Assembly: GCA_030390025.1 (NCBI GenBank)
Contig: CM059432.1
Location: 85,128,001-85,192,000 of the forward strand
From: Squalus acanthias
Lineage: Eukaryota
DNA length: 64,000 nt
Direction of reading: 5' to 3'
Below, piece by piece: positions 61,939 through 64,000 of the stretch (within the stretch, counting starts at the first letter, position 1; each line of letters starts with the position of its first letter). The notes under the pieces are model-generated. The model worked only from the letters and a program-made list of their open reading frames with translations, did no database searches and had not been told where the DNA came from. A program made the position numbers and the translations under genes.

Positions 61939-63844
61939 CTACTTTTTGCCCTTCGAGGGTGATCTCCTTCCCTTGCGCACTTCCCCCCTTCCCACCCTAC
62001 TGCTCCTCCGTAATGGGACCTCAGAGGCTGCAGCAAGACTGGTGGAAGGCTGCTGATTGTCAGAACCTGAGACTGCAGATGCCCTTGAAGGACGGCCTCG
62101 ACCAGCTCTGGGCCTGGAGGGCCCGGCTGCAGACTGCACCAACTCTGCATGGGCGGCAGCAGTCTGTCCTACGGGCAGTGGCAAGTGCAGTGGAGAAGTG
62201 ACAGTGGTGGCAGCAGGAATGCTGTCATCTTGAGAGAGGACAGCAACTCCCTGCTCGACCGACACACTGGCACTCCCACGGGGCAGCACTTCAGCATCCG
62301 GAGCAATCTGCTGGAGCACAGATTGCTGGCCTGCTGCGGCGCGGTGACAGCCCCGGGGAAATGTGTACGAACCATCGAGGATGGCAGCAGTCAGTGCTCG
62401 CGTGGCCTCAATCTGAGTCTGCATGAGAGCAGTCTGAGACTGAATTGCAGCACTAAGCTTTAGTGTGGCATCCGCCTGTGCTACAGCGAAGTGCTCCACA
62501 CTCCTTGCCAGTGATTCAATGCATTCGGGCACCCTTCCCACTGCACCCATGAGCTCAGTGTGCATGTCCACCGCCTGGGTGTTCATTTCAGCAATGAGCC
62601 GCTCCTCCTCTGCGTCCAGTGCAGCAGGAGTCGCTGGCATACTCTCCCTCCGGGGAGAAGGCCCCCGTTCTTCCCTACCCCCATGGCGTTGCTGCAGCCC
62701 GCTGGGTCCTGGAGCTTCACCCTCATCAGACCCTTCCCCCCTGCTCCCCTCCAGGGAAGGCGTGTTCCCAGTGTGGGCATGGGCTTCCTCGGGAGAGAGT
62801 GGCACTGATGCTCCACCTTCATCTTCCTCCTCGCCTGCAGCTTCACTCCCACTGGCAGCTTGAAGGCCCGTCTCCTCAGCTGGTGAATCACCATCTGAAA
62901 GCAGGGAGGTACAAGAGTGGTTTTAGCGTGAGGACAGGGTGACAGTAAGGGAGGAATAAGTGCAGCGATTTAGTAAGTTGGATTGAAAGTGTCAAAGGCT
63001 GGTGTTGTGAGGGACAAGTGGAAGGACAGAGGACAAAAAGGTGCTGACCTTACCATTGCTGTCCAGAACGGGGTCGGCGTCTCCAGTGGCGACGGGACCG
63101 ATCACCCGGCTTGCCACAATCCTCTGGACGCGCGCCTCAAGATCGCTGAGGGGTTGCAGCTGAGGCCGCCCTCCACCCGTCCGTTGCTGCTGTCTCCTAT
63201 TATGAGATAGCTTGGCCTGCAAGAAAAAGGACGGCGTCTGAGTAAATATACAGCCATGGTCTTGCCTTATGTGCCTCCCATAGGTGAATAGCCCTACTGT
63301 ATGCAGCCATGGTCTTGCCTGATGTGCCTCCCATAGGTGAATAGCCCTTACTGTATGCAGCCATGGTCTTGCCTGATGTACCTCCCATAGGTGAATAGCC
63401 CTTACTGTATGCAGCCATGGTCTTGCCTGATGTGCCTCCCATAGGTGAATAGCCCTTACTGTATGCAAAGTGTGGAATGTGCGTGTGTGTTTCATGAGAG
63501 GGCCATAGGTGTTGGATGAGTGTTGTGCATTGGGGTTTTAAGACCCTCTGGCCATAGAGTGAGGTTGAGATGGAGGGATGGAGAGGTATTGAAAAAAAGC
63601 CACTCACCCTGACGATCCGAGTGAGGTCGTTGAATTTTTTTCGACATTGTACATGGGTCCTGGGCACCATGCTCCTGCAGGAGACGCTCTGAGCCACCTC
63701 CCTCCACACTCTTCTGTACTCGCGCGGCAAAGGCCTCCTGCCACTCTCAGGGAAGAGTATACATCTTCTGCGCTCCACCGCGCCAACCAGAGCATCCAAG
63801 GCCCGCTCGCTGAAGCGCTGAGCTCGTTCTCTCACCCTCTCCAT
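61939..63844 (-). CDS. Harbinger Myb/SANT (trihelix-like) DNA-binding protein, predicted 451 aa; exons 63844-63608, 63216-63054, 62894-61939
   Basis: RAQRFSERALDALV..W..RTHVQCRKKFNDL; GTGAGT/TTGCAG and GTAAGG/TTTCAG junctions; 237+163+956 nt forms one open frame with a basic C-terminus. Confidence 0.88.
63251..63465. repeat. Four tandem 53-54-bp repeats in Myb intron 1
   Basis: CAGCCATGGTCTTGCC..ACTGTATG starting at 63251, 63304, 63358, 63412. Confidence 0.92.
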
Positions 63845-64000
63845 AGTCCTTGGCTGGAAGATTTAGGCACAGGTCTCTCCAGGCCGAGATTCAAGGCTCC
63901 AATGAGCAGGGTGTGGCTGGAGTGCAAGATCGACCCTCCCCTTTAAGAACTGTCTGGCGCCAGTGTGTCTGTGTTCCATCGCTAACTGACAGCACCTGCG

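Larger units (their letters stand above)
59967..64000 (+). mobile_element. Apparently autonomous Harbinger transposon; right end lies beyond the window
   Basis: Left TIR GGGGGAAAAATTCAGT identical to the MITE at 43193; both genes open. Confidence 0.92.

Overview
Eukaryotic, almost entirely repeat-derived DNA. It is inferred to be from a cartilaginous fish (shark-like), based on the CR1/L2 LINE, DeuSINE and Penelope content and on GT-AG spliceosomal introns. There are no prokaryotic genes or CRISPR arrays, and most short ORFs in the track are transposon fragments. Main content: (1) A recent Penelope-like element (9720-14249) with an intact RT + GIY-YIG ORF, a 12-bp TSD, a 1.3-kb inverted partial copy and three minimal hammerhead-ribozyme motifs. 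(2) A dense cluster of two-gene PIF/Harbinger transposons, each with a HARBI1-like DDE transposase facing a three-exon Myb/SANT gene. One copy (59967 to window end) has both genes open, one bounded copy (35814-40054) has an intact transposase, and there are several decayed copies. A MITE family is made by precise deletion between the two start codons. (3) A deleted endogenous retrovirus with a tRNA-Leu PBS, CCHC knuckle, gag-TAG-pro layout and DTG protease motif, plus three solo LTRs. (4) Many nested CR1, L2 and SINE fragments and an L2-derived two-unit minisatellite. Element boundaries were read by eye; family names were not checked against databases.
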